A DNA stretch of 52,131 nucleotides, the filler included, from Porpidia crustulata (lineage: Eukaryota): the NCBI GenBank assembly GCA_964255105.1. It is 2 parts of 2 records of this genome, joined end to end, with 100 filler letters (N's around TTAATTAATTAA, not from the genome) between each part and the next. Parts side by side here need not be neighbours in the genome. Positions count along the whole stretch, not along the records: positions 1 to 26,049 come from CAXUWE010000041.1; positions 26,150 to 52,131 come from CAXUWE010000042.1. One strand, 5' to 3'. A program made the translations under genes and the position numbers. This document shows positions 25,301 through 38,284 of this stretch, one piece after another (the stretch's first letter is position 1; each line of letters begins with the position of its first letter). The notes beneath the pieces were generated by a model. That model was not told where the DNA came from and made no database searches. It saw only the letters and a program-made list of their open reading frames with translations.

Positions 25301-26049
25301 GTTGGGCAACCGAGCTCATCTGCACCAGCAATTGCAGGCCAATCTCAGCTGCCATCAACAGCGCCCACCAGTGCCTTTGGTCAACCGACTCCTATACTGC
25401 AAGCTAAACAGAATCCGTTTGCAGCTTCAGGAAACCCGCAACAGGCGTCTATGCCAACTGGGTCCTTTGGCCAACCAACCGCTATGAATCAAAGTAATCA
25501 AGGTTCGGTTGTCCTTCAAGCGGAACCGCCACGGGGGCTTGCTCAAGGGCAGATGCTTCCTCCGCAAGGCGCAACACAGCAGTCACCCGCAGCATTAATC
25601 AACCCTCCGGCTCAAGCCCCACCGGCGGTATCTCAAATTCCATTGACTGTGGCTGCAACTCAGCCATCTCAGGGATCTCTCAACGGCAATCCGCGCACCA
25701 ATGCCCAACCTTCCTCCAATATCCCAACCAAACCTCCAGCCGGCCCCAACAGCCAACACCCCGGCCAAGGAGCCGGCCAAGCCGCTCTCAGGAGCCTTCA
25801 GAATTCCGGTCTTCCGGTCGCTAGAGGCGGTCGCGGCGGTCCAAATCCACGTGGCCGAGGCCGCGGAGCTAGTCAAGGAGGAGCGCCTGCTCCATTGAAC
25901 ACCAATTCAAACCAAGGGCAGCAGGGACGGGCGAGTCCGACGGGGGGTCAATTGAGCGGAGGAGCTAAGCAGTTCATACCCGGAAACAAAAGACCGAGAG
26001 AGGATGGTGGGGAAGGAGGTCAGGAACACGGGAGTGGAGGGGATAGTGG
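19351..26049 (+). CDS. MLP1: Nuclear basket coiled-coil protein TPR/Mlp1; introns 19643-19695 and 24180-24232; 3' end lost in the gap
   Basis: Long coiled coil with LVTFKNITELQEQN, RERDMFRRLL, AQTNYENELVKHAEA, EVIKYLRREK, LNTFRESSVTLRNE and RWQQRAQSILQKYDRVDP; disordered tail ending in a KRPRE NLS-like motif. Confidence 0.93.
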
Positions 26050-26149
26050 NNNNNNNNNNNNNNNNNNNNNNNNNNNNNNNNNNNNNNNNNNNNTTAATTA
26101 ATTAANNNNNNNNNNNNNNNNNNNNNNNNNNNNNNNNNNNNNNNNNNNN
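26050..26149. other. Artificial 100-nt assembly linker (N44-TTAATTAATTAA-N44; six-frame stop spacer)
   Basis: A palindromic TTAATTAATTAA sits exactly centred between two runs of 44 N and gives stops in all six frames. Confidence 0.95.
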
Positions 26150-27580
26150 CCCCAGCCCAGCTACTCCAATCCCAAAACCCCGGCCAGCAGAGTGAAACCT
26201 CATCCAAGAATTTACAAACAAACCTATCGTAGCGAGTATCTAGATGTTTTTGGGCGGTTGAGATTTCGTGTTTTTCGTCGATGTGGCGGGGTGGGGTGGG
26301 GAGGTGGTTGTGTTTGGGTGTTCAAGAGGGTTCGTCTACCAGCCTATCCCTTAAGCCAACAATCAAACGGTTCTAAATACCCCATCTATAAAGAACATAA
26401 ACACAAAGATTCCGATGAACCTGAATCACACCTCGTAGCCTGCACAGATACTCCATAGACTATATCTTTGATAGATATCGTGTTCGAATACTCCGATGGC
26501 TACTTCATCATCAGCGTAAGGGACAGACGCTTCTTATTATCGACTCGTCCTTCAAAATCCGCGTTCGAAGACTTCGTGGTAGACGCTGCTAGGTCCCGAT
26601 TATGTGGCGTATTTGCTGTTGGACGGTCGAGAGCCGATGGACTTCAGCGCGCGCGGGGGTTGGAGTCAATCGGCACCCATTTCAGTGGGATCCGCATCAG
26701 GAGCCTTCTCTGGTGACCTAAGGAATGCATTCTAGAAGCGTTTTGGAGTCGGTTTCGCCTGCGATGTTAGTTCTGAACGTGTCATCTGCCCGATAGTAAG
26801 GCGAATGTTTTGAGTGAGAATAGTTTATGTATGTAGAAGATACAATTTAAATTCATGGGACTTCAGAGAGGCATTCGCTGTGGAAGCCAACAGTTGGTGC
26901 CGATATCGCTTCGGGAACCCAAGTCAAATAGCTGATTGGTGACTGTGCATTTGCTTTATACAAGAGTGTACAGAGTATTTACAGAGTATCCCGGATTTAG
27001 CCAACGGTCCATTGTCTGATTACGCAACAGCAAGGTAGTACAACCGCCCATATATGATCAGATAACGTCGAGACGCAATATCACTGAGACAGAAGAGTAG
27101 TACAGAGAATTCAAAAACATAGGTGGTCCGTAGAGTAACAGCACTGTATCAGGAGCAAACTACGATCCAGCTCGGTTCCCTTCGTGATGTAGAAAAGTAG
27201 TAATAGTGCCTGTGATTACACTTCTCGAGAGGGTTTCAAAGACAAATCCTTGAAGACCAAGCCCGACTGAAATGCCACACAATTGCTTTGAGAAGAGAAG
27301 GACTACATGGAAGGAAAAAATCAAGAAACAAGCACGCCTTTGAATGAGACGAGGCAAATCAATGATCGAGTCCAGCTTTCACCGCAAGCCTAATTCCTTA
27401 GTCGGCCTTGCTGGACTTATCCTCGAAAAATGCGTACCCAGGAATAACCTTGTTAAGGAACAAGAGCCGTACTTTCACATTGGAAGAGTATACTGGAGAT
27501 TTTAGGTCGAGTGGAGAAGGACAACAACAATAACAAACGGATACTGTCGATGTCATTTGACAACGTAGCATCGAATATTG

Positions 27581-30500
27581 TTAGTATCGGTAGCCATGAG
27601 TAGATTGCGGAGTTTCTTCATATCCTGGGACTTGGTAGGCCCGGGGGCTTTCATGGAATAGCTGGTCATGACGCTCGTAGACCGGCTCCTCACCATATCC
27701 ACGTTCGACGCGCACAAATTCAGGTTGTGGCCGCGAGTCCAACGGTTGAGCTAGGACATACCGTCGCCGCTCCAGAGAGCTGTGTTCGCCTATCCTCATA
27801 GGTACGTATTCGATTCGCTGCCGATACGGATCTTCATAGTCATCCCGATCCGGGACGTATTCATACCGTTCTTGTGGCGCATAGTCGTAGCTTGGAACTT
27901 GGTAATAGCGATTTTCATTGCGGGATGGTGGAGATCGCCTACGATAGACTGCCTCATGCCGAGCCTCCTCAACTGGAGTCCTTGCTCGATAGTATGCTGT
28001 CTCAATTGGATCTGCTCGCGGAGATCTGGAGCGCGTGCGGTAGCGCGAAGCGTGCGAGATCTGTACCGAGTCGCCTGTGCTTCTTGGCTTCAGGGCCGGA
28101 TCGTTTGCCACGTCAGGACGATAAATGACTGCTGGCTGAGGAGGTTGGTATGGTGCATAGACCGCAGGCAATCGAGCATCGAATTTGCTTCCGTTCAGGG
28201 GGATTTGTATGTGTGAGCTTGAACGATTCTCCCGAGCGTATTGAGCGTCGCTCCTTGGTCTTTGAAGCGGGTTTGGATACTTCTCTTGTACAGCCAAAGA
28301 GCCCGCACGGACGTGATCGGGAGGGGTCTCGTTGCCCTTACGGTCTTGGTTCATATTGTCACCTGACCACTGGTAAAAATCAACGCTCTTATTGCCACGT
28401 TGCTCTTCGCATCTACCCCGAGGGTCTTCAGTCCGCCGAGAAGCTACTTCAATCGCGGATCCATTTTTTGATGGAGTTGGCTTAGGACCAAGGCCGTTAT
28501 TTGCACCTGACCCCAAGCTACTCAAGAATTGATCTGCGGCCTTGACGACTCCTTCGTTTGGTGAGTGGGTTCCTCTCTCAAGATCTAGTTCATTCTCGAA
28601 AGCTTCGCCAGCGTCACTCACACGTATATGCCTTTTGCTGGATTCTGCAGCGCCGTCATAACTTCTCATATTCTCATAGGCCTCTCGAATCGAACGAGCG
28701 ACTTCCTGCTCCCCCCGGTGCCCTCCAGAACTAGGAAAATGCGCTTCCTTCCGAGGCGTTGAAGGCTGGAAGACTTCCGGCCGCTCATAGCGGAGATCGT
28801 TGCGATCATTGGTGAAACCTTCTTCACCTGGGGCAGATTTGTATGCAAGATGTTGAGGCTTTCTTCGACGGGCTTCCGCGGAAGTGGACTCATCATAAGG
28901 AACTCCCGGAGCCGATTGACGGCCATTCCTTGGTGGTAGAGATACCGAAGCATTTCGAGATTGGATGGGGCCAAATTCGTGTTTAACAATCTTGCCGAGA
29001 AATGCAGGTCTATGAGGATCGTATTCATCTTCTCTGGATGGCTCCGTTAAGTGTGTATCCTGGGACAACTGTCTCAATCCGCTAGAAGGCCTGTTGTATG
29101 CTCGACCTTCAACGTGATCTCTAGCTTCCGATGGAGGTTCAACTGACGATGGAGATGGGACGTTCGGGAGAGCTATTGATCCAATACTGTCTCGAGCGTA
29201 GTCGCCTCTGTATATGGGCACTGGCCCGAGGCTGCTAGCTGCTCCCATTCTTGGTAAAGGAGAAGGGAAAAATCCTGGAAGAGCCCATGCGATAAGATCG
29301 ATTTTTGCATCGTCCATGCCAGCAGCATTTATCAAGTTTGCAATTAATGAAGCCTCGGGAAGCTCTATCATTTCAGTCTTCCAGTCTAGTCGTGGGACCC
29401 TTTGAGGCGAAGGCATATTCATAGGTGTGTGTGGATTCTCAAGGTGTATATTCTTGAAGTGGTTGAGTAAATGTGGGAGAGTAAAAAGTCTGCGCTCTCC
29501 AATGCCAGCCCCAGTATGGACGCAGGTCTTGCAAGCTAGCCCGTTGAGACTGCGGACAGGCCTCATCACAGAACTATGATCAATACCATCAATGAACATG
29601 GCAAGACTGGGCTCATTGGTAAATTGCGCCGCAAATCTCGAAGCCGTGTGCTGGATGACCACATGGATTCGGACACTTTGCGGAATGTCCTTGATTCCTG
29701 CCGTGGCAAACCACACATCACGAGCGTGTCTCGCCATGGTATCCATTTGGATCTTGTGAGGGTCAGGCGCTTGAGGTGCAAAGGTCCGCCCGGGCTCAAA
29801 TGAATTGAAAGGCAATTTAAAATTTGGTAAGCCATTAGGACGTGGGACCATTGAGGTCCCTCCGTGGACACTGGCGCTGGAGTTAAGATCATGCGTTGGT
29901 GCCAGGTTCTGTTCGGGACCTTGGAGAATACTTGGAGGCACGCTAGGATGAGCGTATCCAAGGAAGGAGGGATTCTGAGCCTGAATATTGTGTCCGTAAG
30001 GTGTAGGTTGAAGGCGAACATGAGCATTTGCCACCCCAGGGAAACCTACCGTGACGGTTGAAATCTGCTGGGCTCCTTGATAGTGGTTTGTATTCGAAAG
30101 CGGAGGACCTGGCGGTATTGGTGAAAGTACATGGGCCATGTCCTGCTGATGTCCTGTGAAGGTTGGTTTATAGACCTCAAGAGAATGATGGGACGCATTC
30201 AAAGCTTGGTGAACCACTGCTGAATCAATATTGTGCCCGTGCCCCCCGTATGATGTTGGCAATGATTGGTCAGCCAGCGGTTGACCCTGTGGAGAGGCGA
30301 TTGCTGGAGTTGGGACTTTGTAATAGGCAGCTTTGGCTATGCTGGGGTTTGAATTAAAGGGTGGATGTTCAGGCCACTCAGCCCGCCAGTGAACAACAAC
30401 GCTACCCATACTTAGCATAGTGGTATGCTTTGCAGCATAATGCTGTATGACACCTTCGAAACCGTAGAATTTGAAGTTCCCATCACACCCGTTGCATAAA

Positions 30501-32809
30501 AATAATTCTTTCTGGAAATGTTCAGTCAGTGGCTTGATCTTAGTATCGAAGAGCCATTTCATGTTTTCCAGTATTAATTTCCTTGTGGGTGGTCCGTTAG
30601 GAGGATCAACTTTAATAGGCTCACCTGCAGTGGTAGCGGCTTGGGCCTCTCGATCTATGTCTTCATAGAACCGCTGTCGAGCATAGATTAGTATGTCCGC
30701 CGCGAATTTTGGGCACGTGTCCTTGGTAATGCTATGGCCCCTGGCCCACATCCTTTCAATTCTCTCGTCCGCTAGTGCGCTAATCCGGTTCCGAACAGGG
30801 GTCTGAACATTATCCCACTCACGGTCGAATGTCTCCTTGGTTTCCTTAAGCTGCGCTTCCTGTTGCCGTCGCTGTCTATAATCGGCCTGAATTATTTGGC
30901 TTTGTTGGATCCGATCTTGCTCTCTTTTCTCCGCATAAGGCTTTTGTGTAAGGAGGCGAGGCTTCAGAACGTCCCAAGCTTGATCCGTGAGGGGCTGCGA
31001 GATCTGGATGGCGGCCTGAAATGATTCCATGTGGCTTAAAACACTTGGTAGCAGAGGCGGCTGAAGTGCTGCACATCGTCGTTCTATCTCTGCTCGTCGA
31101 GCTGCTTTGGCCTCATTAACATCCCGAATATTACGTTCTGGTCTAGGTTGTTGGAACACAATTTGAGAACGCTGTCCAGTAGTATCCGGGAACGATGCAG
31201 CAGCTATCAAAGGTAGTTGGAAAGAAGCTATGAAAGATGAGTCAATACCAATTGCCTTGCAGCTTTTTTGAAAGTAGGGCCGGAATCTTACTTGTGAAAT
31301 TGTGAGCGCCATACGGAGAGTCTAGACTTGTAGACGGTGCTGGACTACCAAATTCACCGTTGTACCTTATAGGGAAAAGAATACTTTGAGGCGTCGATCT
31401 TTCGGACTGGACATCAGTTTTAAGGTTACCAGTGCTTAGTGCAGCATTGTTCGTGCCAATGGTAGCTATAGTCTTCAAATGCGGCCGCTGATTGACTTTT
31501 TTTAGGCCTCCCTTGGCCTCCCACTGTTCCCAGCGTACGGTGTCATGGATCCGTTCCTTACCCTCTCCATCAAGGCCTTTGATCCACTCTTCGGCAGAAG
31601 CAGGTCCCAACTCCTTTACATCTTCCAGCTGCCGCTTGAGCGCCTCGATATGTGGGTTGTAAAAGTGCTTTGTGAGTTGCAGAGTCGGCGGAGGAACAGC
31701 GCTGCGAAGGGCACTGTTGCCAATACAATGATTTGAGGACGATATTAGCGCAAAAGGAAGAGCTGGCAGCAGGAAAGTTGGAAAACTTGATGAGAGAAGG
31801 AGGTTGACCTCCTGAATTCAAAGTTAGCTGATATTTACCACAATACTTGTATTGAGTTTCCGATGGTGAGAGAAACCTTTTCAGAATGGTCTTGTAAACA
31901 TTGACCACAGCATCTTATGCCAAAGGGCCAAATGACACTCACACCCCTTTCTCCAGGTCCAGATTCCCACGGACTTTCTGAATTAAGATCGACATCAGGA
32001 ACCTTACCACACATCTGGCAGTCGCGGCCGCGAAGCAGTCTCCACATATCCAATTCTGGAATGTCGCGGAGTGGTTTGGGCAACCCGGGGCAAAAGCGCT
32101 TCCTCGAGGCAGCCCAAATGGAGTTGGCGCTTAAGGGTTTCGCTAAACCACGCCAAGGGGATGCCGTATGGCTTTGATGAGTTATTGGCAAAGTCAGGAA
32201 TATGTTAAAAGCACGATTAACACGCAGCAAACGCCCAAGGGAGACTGGTGGAACAAAGCAGAAAATGTACTGCCAAAGCTCAGCAGGCAACATCGACGAT
32301 GGGAGAGAGTTTTGAAATGGTCTGAGGCCGTTCGCATCAACCTTAGATCGCTTTTCCCTACAGCAGTGATCCACGGGTGCTGCGATCTTGCTGATAGGAA
32401 GGGTTTGTGACACAAAATCGCTTGTACCAACGCTGCATGGTTCGGCCTCAATGTGGTCACTATCTTGATAGGTTCGATGGTTGAATAAGTAGCCCTCCTG
32501 AACTGAACCTTGTTCTCTTTTTCTTTTACGAGACGTATCAGGGATGATGCCATCAAATTCTGCAGGTCCACAAGTGCTGCCCACGGAACTTTGGAGCGAC
32601 GGTTCCCTGTCTCCTCTCGTTGTCTGGCCAGTGTTTGACAGCCTCGACCTTATGAACTCAGGCATCGAATCCTCCGGCGGTGGCTGCGATACCCGCCTGG
32701 GCGACAAACCATTCTGTACGGATTGCGACCGAAATCTGTTACCCACAATTTCCGAATTTGAGTAAAGATCGGAGGAAGAGGTGGTACTGGTGGGTGAGTC
32801 CATGACCAT
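27581..32809 (-). CDS. Large conserved fungal F-box protein with C2H2-like Cys/His motifs; introns 31812-31876 and 31228-31291
   Basis: F-box-like LPAELWQYIFCFVPPVSLGRLLRVNRAF; CQMCG...CCGQC; LCNGC...IQHYAAKH; CKTC...LLNHFKNIH. The three ORF pieces join in frame through GT-AG introns. Confidence 0.85.
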
Positions 32810-33503
32810 GGCGTATTCACAAGACCTTGAGGCACGTGGATTTGATTAGAACGTAGAAAAGAGCAGACACTTTCCTCGCTCCCTCGAAAGCACTAGATCC
32901 TATATAATCTAGTAAACATGGCGCGGAAACAAAAGCGCGTGTAAGGAGAACAGTAAATTTAGTAGATTTTGCGAGAAGATATCAATTGGAGGGCAAACTA
33001 TGAACAGTGACGGAATGGAAAGCTTCGAACCGATCCAGTCAAGGTGGTGGTCGCGGCATAGACGGACGATCCTTGAATAGAGAATAAGGAGCTCTAAGTG
33101 TGGTGGCGAATATGAAAGGTGAGTTGTGAAACCATGTTTGGAGTGGAGAAAGATGGGAAGAGAGGATGTTAAGTTGCAAAGTAATCAAAGGTTGGAAAAT
33201 GAAGGATAAAACACAACCTGAGGCGACCAATCGAGATGACTCGGTTAAAAGAGGGCTGCGGGCCCGTGGCATTTGTTGCATAGTCGTCAGCAGGGATAGT
33301 GACGACTTGGGTGCACCCCTGGGCAGCCAAGTACTCTACGAGGGTGCGTACATACACACCACAATAATATCCTCTAGGCCTCTTACCTTTTCTTTCATGG
33401 CATTTCGACCTGCTGCTACTGGTGTATTGCCCATATTGCGATAAATTGTTTGGGATCATATCTTATTCTGACCCCGGGAGCAACGCTGTGGGCAACACTG
33501 GAC

Positions 33504-36146
33504 ATGGCAACGCTGAACCTCTCTACCAACGGTCCGTCCATTTTGAAAAGCTACCAGTCGGTAGTTAATGCATCCGCACCTTTTGGAGCTGCCTCTAAGT
33601 CTCCCACATATGGTCAGTGGGCCGTCTTCGCGGTCTCTGCCCCTCTGGCGAACGCGTTCCAACCGGACGCTGGAGGAAAAGAAAGCGTACTGAAGGTCCA
33701 GAGCACTGGCGGTAATTGTTGCTCAACTGTCATGCATAGAGATCGTATAACGCTAATCGGTGTTAGAGGGTGAGCTTGTGGACCTGATAGATGATTTCTC
33801 GGATGGGAGGATTCAATTTGCCTTCCTTAAAGTCAGGGACCCAAATACTACATTACCCAAAAACGTTCTCATCGCGTGGTGTGGCGAGGGAGTCCCTGAG
33901 CGGACCAAAGGCTATTTTACAAGCCACCTGGCAGCTGTGTCCAAAACCCTCCATGTGAGTGGTGGACATTTCACACGTCTGCCAATGGTCTTAGTTCTAA
34001 TTTATGAAAGGGCTACCACGTTCAAGTCACAGCCCGTTCAGATCGCGATCTCACTCCTGAACTTATAGTCCAAAAAGTGTCAGACGCATCTGGCTCAAAA
34101 TATTCCGGCGGTGCTCCCTCGCCAGGCTTAGCTGGTCCACCTCCTCTAGCACCTACCAAGCCTGCCTTCACCCCAACTCGTAGCACTGGCGGTGTTGGCG
34201 GATTCAACCCGCTAGCAAGCTCACAGCCGCGAGGAAATACGCCTAGAAATACGAACGTCGACGAGGATGGGTGGGGTCAGGATGCGCCTCCACCTACTCG
34301 GACACAACTCGAGAAAGTACAATCTGCTTACCAGCCTACAAAAGTGAATATGCGTGAGCTAAGCTCTCAAAAACCTGAACTTTCGCGCTTCAACGGTGGT
34401 CAAGCTGAGGATACTACACACGATGGCAGTGTTATCAAGGGAGCTTATCAACCAGTTGGAAAAGTGGACATTGCGGCCTTGCGAAGACAAGCGCAAAGCC
34501 GAGGCAGTACCAACGACGAGAGGCCAACCGTCGTCAAAGGGTCTTATGAGCCCGTGGGTAAAGTTGATATCGCAGCGATCAGGGCAAGAGCACAGAAAGC
34601 TACGGATTCTACGAGCATGCCGCAAAGTAGTATGTCTCCCGTGGCTACAGGAACATCCTCACCAAGCGATGACAGTGGCGACCAACAAAAATCACTACCA
34701 GATCGATCAGCGCCGGTCAATGGTTCTGAGCGCATGACATCGATGCCGAAACCCAAGGTAGCGAGTCGCTTCGGATCTGGCAGCGCTTTCGCTGGCACTA
34801 GAGCTCCAGCTCCTGACGCTTTCCGCCCTGAATCACAGAAACCAGTAGCTCCACCTCTTACTGGCGTAGGCAAGAATTATGCAGATCAAGGTGGGAAGAC
34901 TCCAGCGCAGCTATGGGCTGAGAGAAAGGCTCAAGCGCGGGGCTTTAGTGGAGCAAACGATATCGTCTCGTCAGGCTTTGGGGCCCCCACATCCCCAATC
35001 GCAAATCAAAGCTCAGGAGAATGGAAGAGTGGGTACGGGGGAAAGAGCTGGGCTCCGGTACAGACTACTATTACCGGTCAGTCTTCCAGTAGCTTAGGAC
35101 AGCAACGTACTGGTGATCAAGAAGAAGTCCCACAAGAAGCACCTGCTTCTCCTGCTGGTGGGGTTGGTACTATCCGAGATCGCTTCAAAGGGGCGCCTCC
35201 TATGGGTGCTCCAAATATCGGGTCCAGTCGTCCAGCACCAAGTCCGCCGCCACTTGACACATCCAACAAGCCAAATGCTAGTCGTGGGGTTCCGCTACCT
35301 AGCTTTCCGGCACGATCACCCCAGCCGTATCAGGATGAGGAAGAGGAACAGGCTCCGAAATTGCCAGCTCCCCCGCCACAGCCACCTCGAAGTCCCACAC
35401 CACCAACACCCCCCGGTACTGATTCAGGCTCTCCCATTCGGGTAGCAATGCCAGTCAGCCGAGGACACCAGGAAGTCGAAAATGCTCGAGAGGAGCAGTT
35501 CTCGCCCCCGCCAGTAATGCCCGCTCGCTCACTCGCACAAGCAATTCCACATGAAAAGGATCTTAATGAGGAGCCATCAGGTCATGATCCCGCCCGCGCC
35601 GCCGCCGAGGCCACTGCAGTTGCATCTTTTGGTAAGGAGGCCCTTGAGTATGCACATCCGGGGGCGCATGCAAGTGGAAAACGGGCGTTGGTACAATACG
35701 ATTACGAGAAAGCGGAGGATAACGAATTAGAGCTGAAAGAAGGGGAGCATGTGACCAACATTGAGATGGTCGACGACGACTGGTGGATGGGTCAGAACCT
35801 GCGGGGCGAAACCGGGCTATTCCCCAGTAATTACGTGGAACTGGTCGAAGACGAAGGCCACGATGAGGAGCACGAAGAACATCAAGCTTCAACGTCTCAT
35901 GCTCCCGAGCCAAGCCAGGGCGCGACGGCCACTGCTCTCTACGATTATGAGGCAGCGGAAGGGAATGAGCTGAGCTTCCCGGAGGATGCTAAGATTACGG
36001 ATGTGGTAAGTAAATAATCACCTGTGACAGACTTACGATGAGCTGAAAGATATCTACAGGAGTTCCCAGATAACGACTGGTGGTCGGGTCAGTACAATGG
36101 TCAATCAGGGCTGTTCCCAGCCAACTATGTCCGGTTGGACGAATAA
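33504..36146 (+). CDS. ABP1: Actin-binding protein Abp1/drebrin-like (ADF-H domain, Pro-rich region, two SH3); introns 33712-33766, 33955-34010, 36006-36059
   Basis: [24 protein letters not shown]3: [13 protein letters not shown]...WWMG...GLFPSNYV, and [13 protein letters not shown]...WWSG...GLFPANYV. Confidence 0.95.
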
Positions 36147-36501
36147 GATTGAGCGGGTACACTTCGGCGGCTGCCGTTCAGGTTCGTTCCTCGAGAATCG
36201 CATGCAATGTAAAGCATTCTCGAATCAAATTTGATGTGGTAGAGCAATCGGCAAGTGAAAGATCATGTGTTCTTGAATCTCGAGACTGTTGCTACATTTA
36301 CTGCAGATTTTCTCTCTCTCTCCAAGCCCGACTCCTATTGTGTGCCTTCGTTGCCTGGCATCCCTCCGGCTCTGCATCTTCGCTATCCGATGTACTCCGT
36401 CTCACCTAATGTTTCTTCCGATTTTCGAGATTTGTAATAGAACCCACGACCCAGGCTCTCTGTATCATTTTCTTGGTAGCTATTGTCGGGTCTTACCATT
36501 T

Positions 36502-37640
36502 TTACTGTTTCTCGTTCTCAGCGTAGAAGAAATTGGCACCTGCGTTTCGGCGTCAGTTTCTAATGCTTCTTTACGAAATATTTCGCCTTTCAACTCTCTA
36601 AACATTGTCGCGACGCCACTTCATCATTCCGCACTTGGATATCGTCGTCGGCCGATGCTCCAGAGCGCTGCTCCACTACGCTGATACGAAAACTTCCGGC
36701 ACCAATGGTCGGGTACTCATCAAAAACAAAACAGTTACGCAAAGAATTCGACTGCACCTACCAACAGCAACCAGTTCATTGTCCCTGGCCCAATCCCTTA
36801 CCCCTTTTCCTACCTTCCCATAGCCCCAATGGGGTCTTTCCTTTGGCTTCTTCAAGTCGTCCATAACGACGCCGTCGCTGGCTGCAGGCATCAATAAGAC
36901 AAAGACATAGCGATGCAAGCCCGTCTTTGGCGGTGGCGAAGGCGGGAGATATGACATCAGTTGTGTGAGGTTGTAAGTGCTCTTTTGTTGGTCACTGACA
37001 AGCCTACTTTGGGGCGAAGAAGCAGGAAATACGATGGTCTGCTCGACCGCCAGCTTCGGCCCCGTCGCACTAATGATCCAATGGCACATTTCACCCATGA
37101 CTGGATCAGCGCGACTTGTTGCGTCTGGATCGGTCAAAACAAGAGTGTAGGTTACATTCTCGCGGGCTGTCGGGGTTGGATGAAGATGTGTTCCTTCCGA
37201 GGTGGGAAGCAAGTGAGCGTATAAATCTGGAACCGGGGAGACGGCGGACGGAGCAAGAATGTTCCCAAGTTTGGTGCGGGTGTGCTTGTGGGGGTAGCGG
37301 ACGGTGAGAGAATAACTTGGGGCGAAAGGGTCAAGGACTGGGTGGAAGGAATGACATCAGTGAAGGTATGGAATAGGGGGATGAAAGGTGGCATGAGATA
37401 GGAACGGGTACGAAGAAGAGGAAGTACCGTCAGGGATAATTCCAGCTTTGTCTAAACTGTAAGCCGTCAGGCCATTGAATTGGAGAAGAGCTTGGTAGGG
37501 AAGGATTACGCTGCTCGGATTTCATCGCTTGTTGAGAGGGTCTTCTGGAGCGGAGTTTGAACCAGACTACCTCTCATAAGCGTTGCGACACTTGAGGCTG
37601 CAAGGGCCAAAGAGAGCAGAAAGCCGCAGAGGGGAATCAT
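36502..37640 (-). CDS. Phosphatidylethanolamine-binding protein (PEBP/Tfs1-like) with signal-peptide-like N-terminus; introns 37457-37509, 37338-37427, 36540-36761
   Basis: Spliced product reads IIPDVLDPF...LGN...YTLVLTDPDA...EMCHW...YLPPSPPPKTGLHRYVFVL...LVAVGANFFYAENEKQ*. Confidence 0.9.
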
Positions 37641-38284
37641 CTTCACGTAAACGTGTCTTCTATCAGTAAATCAGATATTTGAATGAATAGCAGCCTGTCA
37701 GGGCTCATGTGGTCGATACACAAAGCTGGAGAACAACAAAATTGACAATTCGAAAGGGCACTTGGGTCACATTGAGCTGTCGTGGCTGTCCCTTAAACTA
37801 ATGGCTTCTGCTCAACCCCGCACGTCCACACTTGCTACGATCCCAGATTTGGTATTGAGTGATACTGTGGACTACAATGCGTGCTTGTACCTCGAGTTCA
37901 ACGTCGACGTCATACCTGCATAATAGGGCTGATGAGTACTTAGCAACTATCACATGCTGCGCGGCGTAGGCGTACTTTGTAGACTGAAAACCACCGGGCG
38001 GCGAGAGTTCGGAGCTACTATGTACGCACCTAGTCACGCTAGGGAACCAACTCTAAAGGGCAAAATAGTCATAGAAAACACAATGGACGAGTTGCGGCTC
38101 CGATTGGATTGACTCAATTTTGCTACTTAGGAGTCCCTGCAGACGACTTGGTGCCCCCAACTATAAATTGTCCAAACCAAGCTACGAGGCTACAAAGACG
38201 GGGTGGTGTGGCTTCGTGCGCGTGACGCGAGATTCGTCTCTCTCAACAAACTCCGGAGCTTGGAATTTGTCTTGAGTAGCTACA

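Noticed and set aside
20166..25898. Many antisense and alternate-frame ORFs within MLP1 (and similarly in other genes)
   Set aside because: Shadow ORFs produced by codon bias; no recognisable motifs.
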